From NCBI GenBank assembly GCA_040755455.1, contig JBFMAY010000011.1:24330-88329 (forward strand): 64,000 bases of DNA, written 5' to 3'. Made by a program: the position numbers and the translations under genes. The stretch comes from Thermodesulfobacteriota bacterium. Its GTDB lineage: Bacteria > Desulfobacterota > Desulfobulbia > Desulfobulbales > SURF-16. Positions within the stretch are counted from its first letter, which is position 1, and every line of letters starts with the position of its first letter. Of the stretch, positions 61,392-64,000 are shown one piece after another. The notes under the pieces are model-generated. The model did no database searches and was not told where the DNA came from. It saw nothing but the letters and a program-made list of their open reading frames with translations.

Positions 61392-62147
61392 TCAGCCGCC
61401 CCGGCAGCACACCGGGCAGCCCTGCATGGAAAGCGGTTTTTCCAACCGGCACTCGGCCAGCAGGGCCTCATCGCTGAATATCTCCAGGGTCGGGCCGTCG
61501 GCCTTGACCGCCCCCTGGTGCAGAACAATGGTCCGCTCGCAAAGTTCAAGCACCATGTCCAGATCATGACTGGTGAAGATCCGGGTATGCCGGAAATCCT
61601 TCAGCAGGCCGATGAGCTGCCGCCGAGCATACGGGTCCAGACCGCTGGTCGGCTCATCCATGACGAGAATGTCCGGCGACATGGCGAGCACGGTGGCAAT
61701 GGCCACCCGCTTCTTCTCCCCGCCGGACAGATGATAGGGCGGCTTTTCCTGCAGATGGGCTGCGCCCACCTGAGCGAGCACGTCCCCCACCCGCTGCCTG
61801 ACCTCATCCACCGGCAGCCCCAGGTTGAACGGCCCGAAAGCCACATCATCAAAGACGGTGGGCATGAAGAGCTGATCGTCCGCATCCTGAAAAACCATGC
61901 CCACGGTGCGCCGGATTTCCGGCAGGGTCTTTTTGGTGAGCGGGAAATCACCGATGCGGATCTCCCCGGCGGTGGGGGTCAGATACCCGTTGAGATGGAG
62001 CAGCAGGGTTGATTTTCCCGCTCCGTTGGCGCCGATGATCGCCACTGACTCGCCATGATGGATGGTAAAGTTCACATCCTGCAGGGCAACGGTGCCGTCC
62101 GCATAGACATGCCGCAGATGTTTGACCGCCACGATATGATGACTCAT
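61392..62147 (-). CDS. cbiO: ECF Co/Ni transporter ATPase
   Basis: GANGAGKST, VFQDADDQLF, LSGGEKKR, DEPT. Confidence 0.9.
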   Translation of the reverse strand: MSHHIVAVKHLRHVYADGTVALQDVNFTIHHGESVAIIGANGAGKSTLLLHLNGYLTPTAGEIRIGDFPLTKKTLPEIRRTVGMVFQDADDQLFMPTVFDDVAFGPFNLGLPVDEVRQRVGDVLAQVGAAHLQEKPPYHLSGGEKKRVAIATVLAMSPDILVMDEPTSGLDPYARRQLIGLLKDFRHTRIFTSHDLDMVLELCERTIVLHQGAVKADGPTLEIFSDEALLAECRLEKPLSMQGCPVCCRGG

Positions 62148-62956
62148 GACAATACCCCCGTGACCAGCCTGCCCAGCCACTGGGCGGCATTTTCCAGCCT
62201 GAGCATGAGAAACAGAGCGGACCAGCCGGCCACATAGCCCAGCTCACGCCAGCCGAAAGCCGATTCCCGACGGGAGTGGAATTCGCCGGTGAAGCCCCGG
62301 GCCAGCATGGCCATGTGAACCCGCTCGGCCCGCAGCCAGGTGCGGATCAGCAGATGGCCGATGAGCGGACCGAAACTGGCCAGCCCCAGCCCTTTCCTGC
62401 CGCAGGCGCGCAGCTCCCTGGCCCGCGACGCCCGGGCCCCTTCCTCGGTGAGCACGAAGATATAACGAAAGAGAAACAGCAGCTGCACGGTGAAGGTCCT
62501 GGGCGTGCCCAGGCGCTCCAGGGCCTGGCAGACCGGGAGAAAGCCGGTCACCGCCACCAGAATAACGGCGGCACCCACGGTGAGAACGGTGCGGATGATG
62601 ATCGAGGCGCAGGAAAGCCAGCCGCCGGTGACGGCAAACGGGCCGAGCCGGACAAAGAGCTCCCGGTCAAAGATCGGATTCAGCATGCCCACCACCAAGG
62701 CAAAGGGGAGCACCATGAGGATCTTTCTGACGATATAGCCTGACGGCAGATTGGCCAGCGAGGCAACAACCACTGGATAAATGAAAAAGGGGAACAGGGC
62801 GGTAAAGGCATAACGGTTGAATGAAACCACGGTGATGATGAAGACAAGGGTGGTCAGCACCTTGGCCCGGGCGTCAAGACGATGGATGACCGAATCTGCC
62901 GTTGCCAGCAGATCCAGCCTTTTGAGATCGAGTGCCGCTCCGTCAATGGATCGCAT
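62144..62956 (-). CDS. cbiQ: ECF Co/Ni transporter T component
   Basis: IHRLDARAK, RAERVHMAMLARGF. Confidence 0.9.
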   Translation of the reverse strand: MRSIDGAALDLKRLDLLATADSVIHRLDARAKVLTTLVFIITVVSFNRYAFTALFPFFIYPVVVASLANLPSGYIVRKILMVLPFALVVGMLNPIFDRELFVRLGPFAVTGGWLSCASIIIRTVLTVGAAVILVAVTGFLPVCQALERLGTPRTFTVQLLFLFRYIFVLTEEGARASRARELRACGRKGLGLASFGPLIGHLLIRTWLRAERVHMAMLARGFTGEFHSRRESAFGWRELGYVAGWSALFLMLRLENAAQWLGRLVTGVLS

Positions 62957-63056
62957 GGCAGTTCAGAAGTCAAGGAGACGGAAACCAGGAGAGGGAATAA
63001 CTGATTTACTGCCTTCCCTTTTCATGCTGACTTCTGGCATCCGGGCTTCTCCCGGC

Positions 63057-64000
63057 TCAGGCCGTCTGCTCCAGCCTCTTTAAGGCAAAACCGATGACAA
63101 AAGCCAGGGCGAGACAGATCAGGGCGCCGACGCCGCCGGCCACGCTGGTGCCGAGCCTGGCAGCCTCATCCGCTTTTGTCTCGCCAGCATAGGCCACCCC
63201 TTCCTCAACCGGTGCCGCTTCCTGTTTAAACGAATAGTCGGGCATAAAGGCGAGTTTCTCCTGCCAAGAAGCCAGCATAGCATGCAGGCCTTCTTCGCCG
63301 CCGGTCACCTCTTCGGCGCCGGTCACTTTGGCAATGGCCCATTCCAGGCCGTCCGGGTTTTCCGAGGCAAACCAGGAGACAACGCCGCCGGTGAGCAGGG
63401 CTGCCGCCAGAAAGGAGAGAAAGACATTACGTAGCGGCAGGCTGCCCAGGGATACTGACTCGGTTGCCCCGCGGATGATCTCGGGCCGGGCAACCGCGAC
63501 AAAGGACACCACCGCCGCGGTCACCAGGCCTTCGACAATGCCTATGGCCAGGTGAATCGGCTGCATGAGTACGACAAAGGTGGCAAAGGGCAATGAGGAT
63601 ATGCCCGAGGCCACGGTTTCCAGCACCACGGAAAAGGCCCCCAGCTGCAGGCCGACCACAGCGGCGATCATGGCGGCCGCGGTCAGCCGCGCCTTGCCCG
63701 GCTCGCGGCCGGCAATCACGCGGTAGATCAAGGGATAGGCGATAAAGGCCGGGAAGAAGCCGAGGTTGAAGATATTGCAGCCCAAGGCCAGGATGCCGCC
63801 GTCGGCAAAAAACAGCGACTGCACCACCAGGACCGAGGCGATAGTGAGAAAGGCGGCATGGGGCCCGAGCAGAATGGTCAGCAGCAGCCCGCCGCCGAGA
63901 TGCCCGCTGGAACCGGTGGCCGGAATGGTGAAATTGATCATCTGGGCGGCGAAGATAAAGGCGCCGAGCACCCCCATGAGCGGGACCTTGCGGTCATCAA
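63057..64000 (-). CDS. cbiM: ECF Co/Ni S component CbiM/NikM fused to a PDGLE domain, 5' partial
   Basis: AFIFAAQMINF, GSSGHLGG, FADGG, ASENPDGLEW, MPDY. Confidence 0.88.
   Translation of the reverse strand, partial: DDRKVPLMGVLGAFIFAAQMINFTIPATGSSGHLGGGLLLTILLGPHAAFLTIASVLVVQSLFFADGGILALGCNIFNLGFFPAFIAYPLIYRVIAGREPGKARLTAAAMIAAVVGLQLGAFSVVLETVASGISSLPFATFVVLMQPIHLAIGIVEGLVTAAVVSFVAVARPEIIRGATESVSLGSLPLRNVFLSFLAAALLTGGVVSWFASENPDGLEWAIAKVTGAEEVTGGEEGLHAMLASWQEKLAFMPDYSFKQEAAPVEEGVAYAGETKADEAARLGTSVAGGVGALICLALAFVIGFALKRLEQTA

Noticed and set aside
62964..63037. Hairpin between cbiM and cbiQ as a cobalamin or NiCo riboswitch
   Set aside because: Internal to the operon and lacks the conserved boxes; only a CAGAAGTCA/TGACTTCTG stem is evident.

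Overview
GC-rich bacterial chromosome segment; gene content and order point to an anaerobic Desulfobacterota (probably Desulfobulbales) diazotroph (inference). From left to right: (1) a cNMP-binding-domain gene cut by the window edge, and a truncated P4-type integrase next to tRNA-Leu(CAA). (2) A double-cubane-cluster reductase/ATP-dependent activator/MauE/rhodanese operon. (3) The argBDFGH-lipoprotein-lysA-dapFAB-folK-fsa-slt-pgsA operon, then lptAB-rpoN-ptsN-rapZ. (4) A ~24 kb nitrogen block with three sigma-54 promoters: glnK-amtB-porin-GATase-like-RelA/SpoT-like-membrane protein-nifV, divergent nifA, nifH-I1-I2-D-K-pseudoNifB-fdx-GNAT pseudogene-HEPN, an inserted AT-richer OLD-like ATPase-TOPRIM gene, and nifENB-nifX-like. 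(5) An orphan PTS EIIA(Man), a GH17-GT2 glucan synthase, a radical SAM/SPASM gene, a TunR-type regulator with a divergent TSUP transporter, an LbtU-like porin and cbiMQO. The best candidate for an undescribed system is the pair of a catalytically altered glutamine amidotransferase and a RelA/SpoT-fold nucleotidyltransferase-like protein inside the glnK-amtB-nifV run. Several intergenic spacers carry inverted short tandem repeat arrays and REP doublets. No CRISPR array or rRNA was seen. All calls come from reading the sequence by eye; no searches were run.
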